A DNA stretch of 64,000 bases from Macrostomum lignano (taxonomy: Eukaryota): positions 186,001 through 250,000 of the forward strand of contig NIVC01001274.1 in the NCBI GenBank assembly GCA_002269645.1, written 5' to 3'. Both the position numbers and the translations under genes were made by a program. The notes under the pieces were generated by a model, which saw nothing but the letters and a program-made list of their open reading frames with translations, was not told where the DNA came from and searched no databases. Below, piece by piece: positions 1-12,083 of the stretch; the stretch's first letter is position 1, and each line of letters begins with the position of its first letter.

Positions 1-10
1 TGATTGGCCC

Positions 11-3000
11 GTGCCACAGTCCGTTACTCAACTGAGACAATTCCTAGGCCTCGCCAATTACTACCCCAAGTTTGTCAACGGCTACGCTGGATTTGCTGCG
101 CCGCTGCATGCCCTGACTCGAAAGGACATCGGCAGCCTGCGGCAGCATTGGACTGATGAGCACCAGGTAGCGTTCGACACGCTGAAGAAGAAGTTGTGTT
201 CGACTGAAGTTCTCGCTCTGCCCGAGTTTAACTCAGATCCTGATGTGAAGTTTGTCCTAGACACTGATGCCTCAGACATTCGCATAGGCGCTTGTCTTGG
301 ACAACGGCAATCCGACGGCGTCAAGCGCCCAATTGCATTCTTTAGCCGGAAACTTCGTGATCCTGAGAAGCGCTACACGGTCACGAAGAAAAAGCTGCTT
401 GCAATCGTGGACGCGATGCGACATTTCCGTCATTACTTAATCGGCAAGAAGTTTGAAGTTCGTTCTGACCATCGGGCCTTGCTGTGGCTGCTGAACCAGA
501 CGCAGGTCACAGGCATCTTGGGCCGTTGGATTGAGCGATTAAGCGAGTTCCGCTTCCAGCTTCACCATCGCAAAGGCAAGGACCACGCCAACGCTGACGC
601 CCTGTCAAGACGCCCGGAAACACCACCGGTTGACTTCGAACATGGCCGACTGCTGGAGCACCCCGGTTCTGCAGCCCGACCCGGTGATGACACCAGCCTG
701 GAGCAGGACTTGTACACCACACGTGAGGCCACTGCGAGAGCAGCCCGCACGAAGAAGGTCCACACTCGCAACAAGGAGGCCGAAACTGCCCTGGCCGAAG
801 ACCTGGAGGCCACTGCGCCAGCAGCCCTTCAGCACGACGACCATCGCTGCAGTCAACGCCTGGAGACCGGTTTGGACACCAACCCGGAGGCCACTGACAC
901 CTCAGCCCTCCGCAGCGACGCCCACGCCGACTGCCGTTACTTAGAGATTCGCCCGGACAAAACCTCGGAGGCCACTGCCGACGTAGACCTCCTTGATGAT
1001 GTCCAAGACTGCGGATCTCGGAACCTGGAGACGCCCATGGACTACGACTCAGAGGCCACTGAACAAGCAGCCCTACTGATGACAGCCCACAACGCGAATC
1101 CAGACCAGCAATGTAAGTTCAACTCCCCGGAGTTTTGCGCTGAGAGTTCTCGCCGTGTTGACAGAGGCCAGACTCTCGCGACGGCTGCAAGGTCAACGCT
1201 CTGTCCCCCGAGCCGACAGACAGCTGCTCATCGCCTGTGCGAAAAGTCGAGTCCCCCTTTGCGACACCGCCCAGTGCTGGAGAAGACTCACCCAATGACG
1301 ACGATGATCGAGCCGACGGCTACGGCTGCCTGCGACGAGGCGTGCTTCACGTGTTGCGTCTCGCCCTATAGCCAAGAGTCGCCTGGGCTGTGCAGTGGAG
1401 GCAAGTGCACTGCTCCAGCTGCGGAAATTCCTGTCAAGAGAGCGACGATGAGAACTTCGAAACGAGATCAGCGATCGTACGCCGACGTTGTGAGACAAAG
1501 TCCCTCGGAGCGACCTAATCCTGACGCCGACAAGACGGAGTCGTGTGATCAACTGCGAGCCACAGAAGCGGAGACTGCGGGAGTCATGAACCCTCAGCCA
1601 TGCCGCGCCGTGCTCACCGATTTTCTGAGGTTGCCGATGACGCGGCAACAGTTTGTCGACGCGCAGCGCGCCGACCGAGCTATCAGCTACGTGCTCAACT
1701 TGGTCGAGAACAAAGCCCTGAAGCCTGAGTTCGACGCCCGGTTGCGACTGACGAAGGAGCAGCGGAATCTGCTCGGATATTATGATAATCTGCTAGAGGA
1801 CAACGGCCTGCTGATGATCGACCTGACCGACGGCCAGCAGTCCCCGAAGGTTGTCCTGTCTGAGTCTCTTGATGCCCAGGTGCTCCAGGAGCTCCACAGT
1901 TCGTCACTGTGTGGACACCTCGGCCAGACGAAGACGTTGAAGCGGCTACGTGAACGATTCTGGAGGCCCGGACTAGCCCGTGTCACCGAGAACTTTATCA
2001 GTAAGTGCCGCGTCTGTCTTGAAAGTAAATCCCGAAGACGAGACCGAGTACCTGTACAGAGCTTCCCTGTGTGCGAAGTTCTGGGAAGAGTACATTGCGA
2101 CGTAGTAGGCCCTATTGCCCAGAAGAGCAAGAGTGGGAACCGCTACATCTTGACGCTATGCGACGCGACGTCGAAGTACCCGTTCGCCTATCCGATGAGG
2201 AACCAGAAAGCCAAGACGGTCATCAAGATCCTGCAGGAGCGCTTGATCCCTGACTTTGGTGTACCATGCTGGATATACACTGATCAAGGAACCAATTTCA
2301 CCGGCTCCGCTTTCAAGAAGTTCTGCGACCTGTTTGGGATCCGGCATACGACGACAACACCGTACAATCCAGCTTCAAATGGGCAAGTCGAGAACCTCAA
2401 CAAGCAGCTGAAGAGTGTCCTCACCTGCCTCCTCGAGCGCAACCATAACGACTGGGACACCTTTCTCCCAGCCTGTCTGATGGCTCTCCGCTCTAGTGTA
2501 CACCCGGTGACAGGTTTCACGCCTCACTACCTGGTGTTTGGTCGAGACTTCCGACTTCCAATCGACAACGCGATCAAGAAGCTGCCGGAGTATGCCGATC
2601 TGCCTGACTATGTCAAGGACTACCAGCGCCGATTAGACGAAGCGACTGAGCTAGCTAAAGAACGCCTGCATCTGCATCAGCAACTGCGCGACGAGCACTA
2701 TTCGAACCTGCCCGCCGCCAAGAAGCTCCAACCTGGTGACCTGGTTTTCCTCAACAACCCGGTGCTCGAACCAGATGAAGCGGCGAAGTTCTATCGACCT
2801 CACAAAGCGCTGTACGAGGTAGTCGAACCCAAGGGCGAGGTCGTCTACAAGATTCGCCGTAGAGTGCCAAACCCGCGGGCCAGACGCGACGAGCTAGTAG
2901 TCCATCGCCGGAATCTGCTGCTCGTACCTGATGCCGACTACCAGCTGACTTCGGATCCAGAAGTCGACAAGGCCAAGAAGCGCCGCAGGTCGACTGATAC

Positions 3001-3883
3001 CCCGGACGGTGCAGGACCCGCGACCCTGATACCGATCCCGGAGGACGATCCCGATGACGATGATAATGACGATGACGCATGGCCGGCCTTCCGGTGGCAC
3101 TTCCGGCCGTTGGCGATCCCGGATGTGCGGCCAGGAGGTGGACCGGTCACGACACCAGCGAACCAGGCAAGTGCATTTCGGCGTGAGCCACTGCCGTATG
3201 GTGATCGCCATGATGGTGTGCCTGGTTTGAATGCGTCTGCACCTGCTGCTTCTTTTTCACCTGTCCATGCGTCCCCCCTTCCCGAACCTTTTTCTGCGGT
3301 GCAGTCTCCTGCGCCACCTTCTTGCACCACTCAGGTGGAAGCGTCTCCCATACCAGTAGTGGTAGGTAGGCCAGTTAGGGATCGGAGGCCGCCCGAGAGG
3401 CTTCTGACTAGCGATCCTAGGGCTAAAACGTACGTTAGTCGCACCGCCCGCATGCGTGTGCACAAATCAAAACATTTCAGCGCAGCAATGCACAAGCGCC
3501 CTTATCAGGCGAGCTCAAACTCATCCTCTGAGGCTGAGCAGGGCCGGCCTAGTCGGAGCCGCCAAAGGCAGGGAACCCCGTCCTCCCCGGAGGTCATGGG
3601 TATCCCGCGCCAACCCTTAGCTGCGCGGCAATTGGTGCAGCCTGACGGCCAGGAGCGCCCGGTGCGCCCACCCCGACGTGGGAGGGAGCGAAATTGTCGC
3701 AATGACTCCCCATCACCCGAGCCGCGACGGAACCGACCAAGCCGCCAAGCCCAAGGAACGGTCCGCGTTGAACTCCCGGAAGTCATTGATCTCACGGCCG
3801 ACTCGCCGCCGGGCGATGCCCCGGTTCGCCGGCTCAGCGGCTGGCAGCGGCTCTTGCTTATGCTCAATTGGAGCAGGAGGTGA
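11..3883 (+). CDS. Ty3/gypsy Pol polyprotein, 3' part (RT thumb/RNase H, ~330-aa insertion, integrase, long C-terminal tail); 5' end outside window
   Basis: 1290-aa ORF with RT-thumb FLGLANYY, RNase H LDTDASD...AFFSRKL...E(K)LLAIV...RSDH and KGKDHANADALSR, integrase HHCC (LH...H...RFW...C..C) and core VHCDVVGP...TDQGTNF...NGQVE. The start codon shown is an alternative codon; the ORF is open from the window edge. Confidence 0.95.
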   Translation: MPQSVTQLRQFLGLANYYPKFVNGYAGFAAPLHALTRKDIGSLRQHWTDEHQVAFDTLKKKLCSTEVLALPEFNSDPDVKFVLDTDASDIRIGACLGQRQSDGVKRPIAFFSRKLRDPEKRYTVTKKKLLAIVDAMRHFRHYLIGKKFEVRSDHRALLWLLNQTQVTGILGRWIERLSEFRFQLHHRKGKDHANADALSRRPETPPVDFEHGRLLEHPGSAARPGDDTSLEQDLYTTREATARAARTKKVHTRNKEAETALAEDLEATAPAALQHDDHRCSQRLETGLDTNPEATDTSALRSDAHADCRYLEIRPDKTSEATADVDLLDDVQDCGSRNLETPMDYDSEATEQAALLMTAHNANPDQQCKFNSPEFCAESSRRVDRGQTLATAARSTLCPPSRQTAAHRLCEKSSPPLRHRPVLEKTHPMTTMIEPTATAACDEACFTCCVSPYSQESPGLCSGGKCTAPAAEIPVKRATMRTSKRDQRSYADVVRQSPSERPNPDADKTESCDQLRATEAETAGVMNPQPCRAVLTDFLRLPMTRQQFVDAQRADRAISYVLNLVENKALKPEFDARLRLTKEQRNLLGYYDNLLEDNGLLMIDLTDGQQSPKVVLSESLDAQVLQELHSSSLCGHLGQTKTLKRLRERFWRPGLARVTENFISKCRVCLESKSRRRDRVPVQSFPVCEVLGRVHCDVVGPIAQKSKSGNRYILTLCDATSKYPFAYPMRNQKAKTVIKILQERLIPDFGVPCWIYTDQGTNFTGSAFKKFCDLFGIRHTTTTPYNPASNGQVENLNKQLKSVLTCLLERNHNDWDTFLPACLMALRSSVHPVTGFTPHYLVFGRDFRLPIDNAIKKLPEYADLPDYVKDYQRRLDEATELAKERLHLHQQLRDEHYSNLPAAKKLQPGDLVFLNNPVLEPDEAAKFYRPHKALYEVVEPKGEVVYKIRRRVPNPRARRDELVVHRRNLLLVPDADYQLTSDPEVDKAKKRRRSTDTPDGAGPATLIPIPEDDPDDDDNDDDAWPAFRWHFRPLAIPDVRPGGGPVTTPANQASAFRREPLPYGDRHDGVPGLNASAPAASFSPVHASPLPEPFSAVQSPAPPSCTTQVEASPIPVVVGRPVRDRRPPERLLTSDPRAKTYVSRTARMRVHKSKHFSAAMHKRPYQASSNSSSEAEQGRPSRSRQRQGTPSSPEVMGIPRQPLAARQLVQPDGQERPVRPPRRGRERNCRNDSPSPEPRRNRPSRQAQGTVRVELPEVIDLTADSPPGDAPVRRLSGWQRLLLMLNWSRR

Positions 3884-4554
3884 GCCGCGGGTTACGCGCG
3901 GTCCGCCGCCAGATAAGAGCCACCTTTCCAGATTCTGACCTGGAGCCCGGCCACCTGGAGGCACGCCGGAGTGACCTTAGCGAAGCCGTCGCCGGAGGCC
4001 CAAGGGACTCCCCGCAACCCGGGTCCCGCTATGACCAGCCAGGGTCGCCGATGTCGCTGGTCGAAGGCATCCCGTCGCCGCGAGCCGGCCACGAGGAGGC
4101 GTCCGAGCCAGCAGGCCTCTGGGAAGGCCCGGCGGAAGCGCTGCGCCGCGAGTTACCTCGCGCTCCGCCGCCCACGCCGGAGGAGCCACCGCAACGGGCT
4201 GACGTCGGCACCCAGACGAGCACCCCAGGGCCAGCTCTACCCGCCGACGAGGGACGTGCGGCGCTGCTGACCGCCGCCGCTTGCCTAGCGCGCAACCTCC
4301 TGGTCGACGCGGCTCGACACGGCCACTGGCCCCAGGTGTTCGCTGGTCCGGTATGGAGCAGCCTGCGCTGGACGACGATGGAAGAACGCTCGGCCCTACT
4401 CGAAGAGGCCGCTCGTCTGGGCGGTCCAGACTTGCAGCAACCGAACCGCCCGTTCGCTGTACACCTGGCGGAGACCGAGATCGCCCGGCATCTCGGCGGC
4501 AGCGAGGCAGAGCTGCCGGCGGCCCTGGCCCGGCCGTCGACGCGGTATTTCTGA
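3868..4554 (+). CDS. Extra ORF 3' of gypsy pol, unknown function (possibly frameshifted Pol tail or accessory ORF)
   Basis: 228-codon ORF overlapping the pol stop. The frame is open from ~3790; listed start is TTG and first ATG is at ~4051. Lies between pol and the PPT; no env-like TM segment. Confidence 0.4.
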   Translation: MEQEVSRGLRAVRRQIRATFPDSDLEPGHLEARRSDLSEAVAGGPRDSPQPGSRYDQPGSPMSLVEGIPSPRAGHEEASEPAGLWEGPAEALRRELPRAPPPTPEEPPQRADVGTQTSTPGPALPADEGRAALLTAAACLARNLLVDAARHGHWPQVFAGPVWSSLRWTTMEERSALLEEAARLGGPDLQQPNRPFAVHLAETEIARHLGGSEAELPAALARPSTRYF

Positions 4555-4903
4555 AACGAGGAAAAGCTGCATTTTAACCATGGTTTATTCGGGTTAAGGT
4601 GTTCTCGCCAACCCAAAGCTCACTCCCAGTTAGGGATGCAGGTGCCTCCACGCGTACTTGAGCGCCCTTTTGTAGTGGACTGGCGCCCCACATCAACATT
4701 TAGGCGTTTAATAGCGGGCCAACGCCCCCGCGGTACGGGCTTCATCTTTTATGGCCTTTGCCCAGCCAGCATTATGCATCCTTCGCCGTCATCCTCTAGC
4801 CGCAGCATTTTGCATCGCATTAATTTTCATTAAAACTTGCATTTGTTCTCTTTTAAATAAAGCGCGCGCCGCTTCACTCCGCCTCTTTATTTGAACGGGA
4901 GAG

Positions 4904-5838
4904 TGTAGTGAGTCGCTAGTTTAGTTAGGCGCCGCACTAGTCAGCTGTTGCCCTCGCCCCCGCCCTGGGCTTCTGTCTGCCGCTGGGCAGTTGCCTATCC
5001 CTTCCCGCCTGTCCTCTGGCCTGTCCTCTGCCCGCTTGCCTGTCTGTCTGTTTGTCCTCGTTTGCCCCCTTTTGCTTCGTTTTCCCTTTTTGCAGTGCCA
5101 AGACAGCTTGGTCTGGCCTGCCTCTGTTTCGTTCTCTGGCATCTCCAAATTTGGAGTGCCATTCTGTTTTCCGGTCCCACGGTCACGAGTGCCTTCACTT
5201 GTGAGCCTTTTCCCTTTGTCATGTGAGCCAGTCACATGACAAGGCCTTCTTCCTTCTTTAGTCCAAAGTGCAATGATTTCATCATTGTACGCTGGGCTCG
5301 TGTTTATGGGGAGATCACGTGCGCCCGGACCCCCTTGCCTCCTCTGAGGCAGGGCCCGCTTGTTTGTTGCTAAAAATAGCAACAGAGTCACCCATGACTC
5401 TCAGCGGGGGTCTTTCGTGCTATGGTGCAATCGATTCTCCCTATAAATGCGGCCCCTCTCATGGCTTTGCTCAGACAAGCGTTTCAGCTTTTCCGCATTT
5501 CCGCGTTTTTCCGTATTCATTTCACCTCTCCGCTGTTTCGATCAGCGCGTGTGCTAAAGTTTAAACTCCAAGACTCCCGACTTTGCGCGTGACTGCCTCT
5601 GATTGTTCCTGCTATCAATTAGCAGGCCAGCTCGGATCGCCCGGAGCTAGCACTTTTGCTCTCACCCCGCACTAGCCCGGCAGGGACTGCTGACAGTGGG
5701 CACCTCTGCGCAAGAACTGCTAAATCTGCACGAAGTGCGAGTCTCTTTCTCTCGTCTTAGTTATTTGCTTCTACGAGCTCAGCACCTCACCGAAGGCTGC
5801 GACTCTGCGAAGCTGGTGGCAGCATTACTGACGCTACA
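4904..5838 (+). repeat. 3' LTR of the gypsy element (TG...CA)
   Basis: Starts TGTAGTGAG after the PPT and has a TATA-like cctataaat (~5440). Shares ordered motifs (gtgagccagtcacatga, agtccaaagt, gttgctaaa, cgggggtctt, cctataaat, tggtggcagca...cgctac) with the minus-strand solo LTR at 39458-46178, which fixes both ends. Confidence 0.7.
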
Positions 5839-6283
5839 AGAACTACTTTCTAAGAAACTGCCAATGGGAGGTCACTGACCAGGAGCCAGAAGATCTGCTA
5901 GGACACCTCTAGATGCTATTGAGGAAATAACAACACTTCATTGGTGGCAGCACTCCTATAAAAGGCCTCTAGACAACAGGCAAGACACCTATACTCCAAT
6001 AATAATAATATTAATAACAACAATAGTAATAAAGATTTAGTATATTTAGATTACTAATAATAATAGTAACTAATAATTATTAACATTAATACCACCATTA
6101 ATATCTAATCTATTTCTTGCTATTAAGGATACTGAGTACTCCCTAAAATGAAAAATGAAAAAAATAAGATTATACACTTAGTAAATCCTCTTTTGTTATA
6201 TATTATACAACTATGCTTAGCCTTAGTTTAGTATATAGAATGACCTATTTAATATATAGGTTAGACACTGATAAAAACAGAAA

Positions 6284-7903
6284 TATGAGAGGTGTTTGGA
6301 AAGTAGTGTTACTTTTACTTGTAGACATTTGGTTAGCTGCATTGATATAAATTTGGTATCATTTGAAAATGGCAAGTCTCTTCTTTAAAATGACTTAAAC
6401 TGTAATTGATTTAGATTTGTATTTTAAAAGATATGCGTATTTAAGTAGAGAGAGATCAGTTATAGACTTGAAGAAAATCAAATATGAGCTTAATTGTTAA
6501 AATTATCATTCTGCTCAATAGCAATCAATTTTTTGCATGCATGAGTTGTTTTATGGTCAAATGTGGCACAGTAAAAGCAGATGTCATTCTTTCTGTCTGG
6601 CCTGGCACTATTGCGCTATACATATTCACCATTAAATACTATATACTTCTGATAGCATTCGATCAGATTGTCAAACCCAGCCTTCCAGAAGCTGGAGTCC
6701 AGCTGGTGCAGCAATGCATTAGTGGCGTCAATGACCTGATGTGTCATGAAAACTTGCCAACGCATTGGCAACTTCATTGGACCGAAGTGATGGAAGTTGG
6801 CAATTGCAAGGTTGGGGCTGTAGGCTGGGTGACTTAGCTGACAAAAGCCCAGCTCTTACACCTTGGTGCAAGTGCGAGCAGCGGCATGCTGATGCGCATT
6901 GTCCCAAAGGATGAATGGCTTCTGACGCATGATTTGGTGCTTGGATAGAATGGCAGCACGCATTTGCTTTAGCTGGTTAATCACATAGTTGGCATTGATT
7001 GTCTGGCCCTGTGGTGGGTAGTCAACGAGTAGCACGCCTCGCGCATTGAACCATACTGTGCACATGATGTTCTGGGTCCAGGCCAACTTCATGACCTTTG
7101 TGTCTGGGTACCGTCCCTTTGGCCCCCACTGCATTGACTGCTGCATTGACTGTCAGTGGATTAAACATTGGCAGCTCGGCATCTCGTCCATTGTTATTAC
7201 AAGCTCCTAGCTTGAACTTCTCATCACCAAGCTCATTCTATACAGCCCAGTTGTCTGCCGAATATCGCACCTGTGCTTTTTTGTGTTCTTCTGTCAGCTC
7301 TCGTGGCACCTACTTAGTACAAATCTTTGACCAGCCATGGTGTTTGAGAATGCGACTCACAGACAAATAGTGAATACCGCACACATTCTCCACTTTACAC
7401 ACATATGCAGATGGGTTTACCTCCAAATATTGGAGCACAGCAGCCACATTATTGTCATCTATGCTGGAACGCGGATGGCCAGAGCAAGCAGCATCAGCGA
7501 TGCTTGTTTGACCATCAGCAGCAAGTTGGTGGTGGGCAAACACTTGTGTGCAACCCATCGCATGATCACCAAAAGCAGTACAAACTTTGTTAAAAGTCTG
7601 CATTGGTGTCTTACCCATGTGTTAACATGCCATACAAGCTAATGAAATGATATTGACTTTTTTTCAAACCAAAATCTGAGTGGTTTTTTGGTCAGCTCAT
7701 TCTCTGAGTGAAATTGTGTGAAATAACATAGATCCTCAGGCTTAACTTGGCTCTAATGTAGGCTGTGTTTGTCCTAGTCATGCAAAATTTTAGCCTGGCA
7801 CTTATAAATAACCAAATAGTTTATGGATGAAAGCTCATCCAAATCTGATAAGAATTGTGCTTTAGCGAACACTAGTCTGGAAACTTTTGCAATACCCCTC
7901 ATA
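6284..7903 (-). mobile_element. Degenerate mariner element (transposase pseudogene)
   Basis: Broken ORFs 7310-7618 (HTH region, ...VSRILKHH..KICTK*VPREL = WVPxEL), ITMDE, 6856-7146 (LLVDY..GQTINANY...WDNAHQH) and HPAYSPNLAISNF (= YSPDLAPSDF). Imperfect TIRs tatgagaggtgtttggaaagt (6284) and reverse complement of aaacttttgcaatacccctcata (7881-7903). Confidence 0.8.
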
Positions 7904-9600
7904 CTTTGAAATACATCTATAAAATAAAAAACTCAAAATAAAACTCGGCCTATAATCAAGAATAAAGATTAAAAATTTGTATTAATATTAAATAATAAGA
8001 ACTAGACTTAGCTATCAGATGAAAATAAAAAACTTTTCATAGTTGAATTTCTAATTTTCAATAGAACTAAAGACAAAACATAGACCATAGCATAGGTAGC
8101 TATAGGTCAAAAAGGCAATTGATTAAAATGGCAATAGTCAAAATGGTGATGGTCAAAAGAGCAACAAACTAACAATCACAATATATTTATTAGAATTACA
8201 AGTTTGCTAGCAAATTAAAATATATATATTAAACCTAGACCTAGACTTATGTATGAGTAAATTCATTATTTTTTTAAATATACAAGTAGGCCCTAGCAAT
8301 AAAGAATATTTGAATTTTGATTCTTAACTGAATATTGTTGAAAAGCTTTATAAATATCAATAGAGCTAAAAGAAAAGCAGAATATAACAAAAGATAAACA
8401 TTGAATCTTTGTTTTATATCAAGAGTAATAACAATTTTTGTGCTGAAATACAAATAAAAACTTGATATCTTCATAATATATTTTTAGAAAAACCTGCCTC
8501 ATAATTTTTTTAAAAAGGAAATCAAGGTTTTCTAATTTTTGATACTTAAGACTAAGTGCATTAATAGTACTTGTATTAAAATGCTTATTTAAATCTTAAA
8601 TAAACATTGTAACAATAACAACTTGTATATTTTACCAAAATCATTTTTACAAATGTACATTTTGACAAACACAAATTATAACTAAGCATAATATATTTGA
8701 AGTAATGAACTTGTAATTATTATGACTATCACCTTTTTGACTATGTCTATTGCCCTTTTTACTATTGCTTTTTATATGGTTCCTACACAGACTAAAGAAA
8801 GTGTAGATAACAACTACTAATAAAATTGTTTATTGATGCTCCTACTTAATAATAAATATAAAGTAGGCCTACAAAAACAAACTATACATGTAAACTTAGG
8901 GCCTAACCTAATAATCTAAAGAATAAGAAATTGTTATAATTTTATATTTTGGAATCAAGACATTTTGTTGAATTCAAAGGTATCTCTAGAGACTGATTTA
9001 ATCGTTTTACTCACTGACTTAATAGGCATAGTAGTCTTTATTGCTAAAATAGTAAAATGAGACACTGTTGGACAAAAAAATTCTATTTAAATTTTACTAA
9101 CAGAAAAGCACTGAAATAAACCTGCCAAAGAATAAGCTGCAAAGATGATAAAATGAAACACATTTGGGTTTGCTTAATAATTGATTACTGACAGGAGATA
9201 CCAAAGCAGAGACACAGCCAAGGAAGGATCTGTTGGGAAATGAAGTCCATGAGTCATGAGATATGGGATTGAACTTTCTCAGTGTGTGGTAGAAGGGACA
9301 TGACCGGATTTTCGGTTCTCGGTTCAGTTCCGAAATTTAAATTAATTCACTCCGGATTGCCTCTAAATAGTTAGTGTATAAACAAAGTAAAAACATTTCT
9401 GCTCCAATTTCACTTAAACATCGAATAAAAAAGCATTGCCATTGCAATAAATATTTAAATTATATTTTTTTATGATAGTTTTACATTTTATTGTACTTTT
9501 TTCGTCAGTCATTTTAGCGCGCATATGAAACTTATCCACACGAAATTCAAAAGCACATTGCTTTCGAAGTGCTTTGAATGAGAATACACTAAGGCAAAGG

Positions 9601-9789
9601 CAGTGGCGCAACCAGGTGGGGGCGGGGGGCTGTCGCCCCCCTCTTATAGGCGCGGAGACCCAAAAAATCAAAGAATCAAAGGGGGACCAAGCGAATTTTC
9701 GCCAAAACAGAGCCACCCCGTCCGCCCCACCTCCCGGGACTTTACCCTCCAGAATCCGCCCCCTCATAAAATTTCTGGTTGCACTACTG
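9601..9789. mobile_element. Small MITE-like element (CAGTGGCG type)
   Basis: 15-bp TIRs cagtggcgcaaccag and reverse complement of ctggttgcactactg, with G/C-run interior. No clear TSD. Confidence 0.55.
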
Positions 9790-10221
9790 AACGAAAGTTT
9801 CCTTACACACCCTCTCTTCAATATAAATTTATAATTATATTATATTTTAATATAAAATTATGATATTAATTACATATTATAATTTTAATTTTAATTTTAC
9901 TTACATGTATATATAATTATATAATTAAAAAAGATATTTAATTTATCTGCACTTTCTTTGAAAATTTAACCTCATAAAAATAAAATATAAGCATTAAAAG
10001 TCATGCCTAAATGTCTTTTGCTGAGCAAAACTGTCACTCTATAATGATGGTATTAAATATTTACGCGTAGATGAACTTTGTTTTAGTTTTTAGTTACTCT
10101 TAAGACTATAAAAAAATTACCTGGGACTACATGAAGTATAACTTGTTTCAACTAATTGTTTTACTTAAATGAATAAAAAATATATACACAGTAAAAGTTA
10201 ATAGCTCATAACAGCAACAAC

Positions 10222-11215
10222 TTAACAACAAATTATGCAGCTAGCAATCAAAGTCACAGAGCAGGGTGCTTCAGATGGCGCGCCGCAGAGCCTGAGAGCG
10301 GAGGAAGTCCGCCCCGTTGGCAGTGTCGGGCGCCCTGGCGTCGCGTACGTAGGAGGCAGTCCACGTATCGACGGGTTTGGGCCTGACCCCGCCTGAGCGG
10401 GCCCTGCAGAGTGAGCAACAGGGCTAGGACGTCCTGAACAGGTTGGGGGCAGTAGCCCTCGGCCCGGATCACGTACGTGGCCCGCCAGTTGAAGTCGCCG
10501 CCGGCGCAGGATGGTGGACGGGCGCTGCAGCTTGGCCCGATCGTACAGGGCCTCAGTCCCGACGCTCTCATCAGCTCGAAAGGTCGCACGGAGCAGCCCT
10601 GAATGCGCCAAGTCCAGCTGCCGCTCTAAGCGTAGCCGTCAGTGTCCACGTCTCGGCGTTGTAGAGCACACCGCCTGCCACAGCCGACGAGCCCTCTGGC
10701 GGTCGGGCAGCGCTTCGGACTGGACGTCGGCTCGGATCGAACGGAAGGCCGCCCAGGCAAGTCCTCGGCGCCGCCGGATCGAGGTCCGTCCACGTGAGGC
10801 ACCAGACCGCCGAGTAGGTGATCCCGCTGGTAGCGTGCGCGCGAGCGTGGTCATCTGCCCGTCTGCGAGGCGACATGTCAGGTCCGCTAGCGCTGGGATG
10901 TCGGCCGGCACAGTCAGCACCTAGGTCTTTAGCGTGTTGACAACCAGTCCGACGCTCAATGCCACCTTGACCAACCTGTCGATCTGGCGGGATGCCACCT
11001 TGAACGGACGAGGACAGGAGGGCGAGTTCGTCGGCGTAGCCAAGCAAATAATAATAAGGCGCTTTTCGCCGTGGCGGCGACCGATGCGTCTGCGCAGCGC
11101 AGGAAGCCGTCGTTAGCCGAGGAGACTGCGGTCCGAAGCACCCAGTGGCAGCAGCACGAAGAGAAACGGCGCCAAAGTGTCGCCATGCAGAACTCCTGAT
11201 GAAGTGTCGAACTGA
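10222..11215 (-). pseudogene. RTE-like non-LTR retrotransposon RT fragment (5'-truncated, frameshifted)
   Basis: Minus-strand GVLHGDTLAPFLFVLL (~11150-11200), LGYADELALL, VLYNAETWTLT, LRRRRLQLAGHV; short TGT-rich tail near 10200. Confidence 0.85.
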
Positions 11216-11799
11216 TGATGATTTACATGTATGTAATCGCCCTACTAGTGAACCGTCTTCTCATGGGGGAAGGATCAGATCGTATGACTATGGATGGCTA
11301 CCAGCCGTCTATGACCAGACTATGACCGACAGATCGCCCTTCAGGTTGTCCCGCCCATGCATATTGATAACTTTTTGGTAGTGCTATATTAGAGACGCGG
11401 TAAGGACCCAAATGTGCCCCATCGATAGCTAAGGTGCAAATATTGATCATTGGGTTATTGCATGACCCACTGGCTGCCACCACTCTGTGACCTGGCGAAC
11501 CTGGATCTACGGTATGACCAGACCTGGCGAGGCCGGAGCCCCCGCCTGGGATGGGTATCAAAGGGTTGGAGCTAGCGGTGAGCAGCATGCAGCCGAATAG
11601 CTGATAGGAATCTGCTTGGGCACAAATCGAGAACTCCGGGATCATACAGACGGATTTTTATCAGGAGATCTTTTAAGGCTGTGATGACATACGGTTCAGA
11701 TTGCAAAAAGTACATGTAGTGTATAGAGAACACGTAGAACAGCTATACGTGTACATCTAGTTTGGATTGATCAATAGGTTCGGGCCTGGCTCCTCATAT

Positions 11800-12070
11800 G
11801 AAAGGTTTTTTCTCCACGGAGCACCAGACCGCTGATGTGATGAACCACTGCTGGCAGCGTGCGTCTGCGTCGTGGCATGTCAGGTCCGCTGATACGTCAG
11901 CAGACACAGTCAGCATCTCGGTCTTCAATATGCTGTCAACGCTTGAACCCACCTCTTTCTGTGCTTTCAACAGACGAGAAAAAGAGGCTGAGGTCGCCAG
12001 CGTTGCCAAACAAGCTCAGGTGTTTTTTGCCGCTGTGGCGAACGATGCGTCTCCACAACAGATAAAAAAG
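11800..12070 (-). pseudogene. Second short RTE-like remnant
   Basis: catgtcaggtccgctg...acagtcagca and cgccgctgtggcg..cgatgcgtct segments match 10874-10920 and 11065-11095 of the neighbouring RTE fragment. Confidence 0.45.
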
Positions 12071-12083
12071 CAGGAAGAAATCT

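Larger units (their letters stand above)
1..5838 (+). mobile_element. Ty3/gypsy LTR retrotransposon, 3' half including 3' LTR
   Basis: pol ORF, then purine tract aacgggagag (~4894-4903) directly before TGTAGTGAG, the start of an LTR-like segment ending ...gacgctACA at ~5838. Confidence 0.85.

Noticed and set aside
11220-11770. Possible HDV-like ribozyme or RTE 5' UTR in the GC-rich segment (also 14330-14620)
   Set aside because: I could not establish the nested double-pseudoknot pairings by eye; a covariance-model search would be needed.
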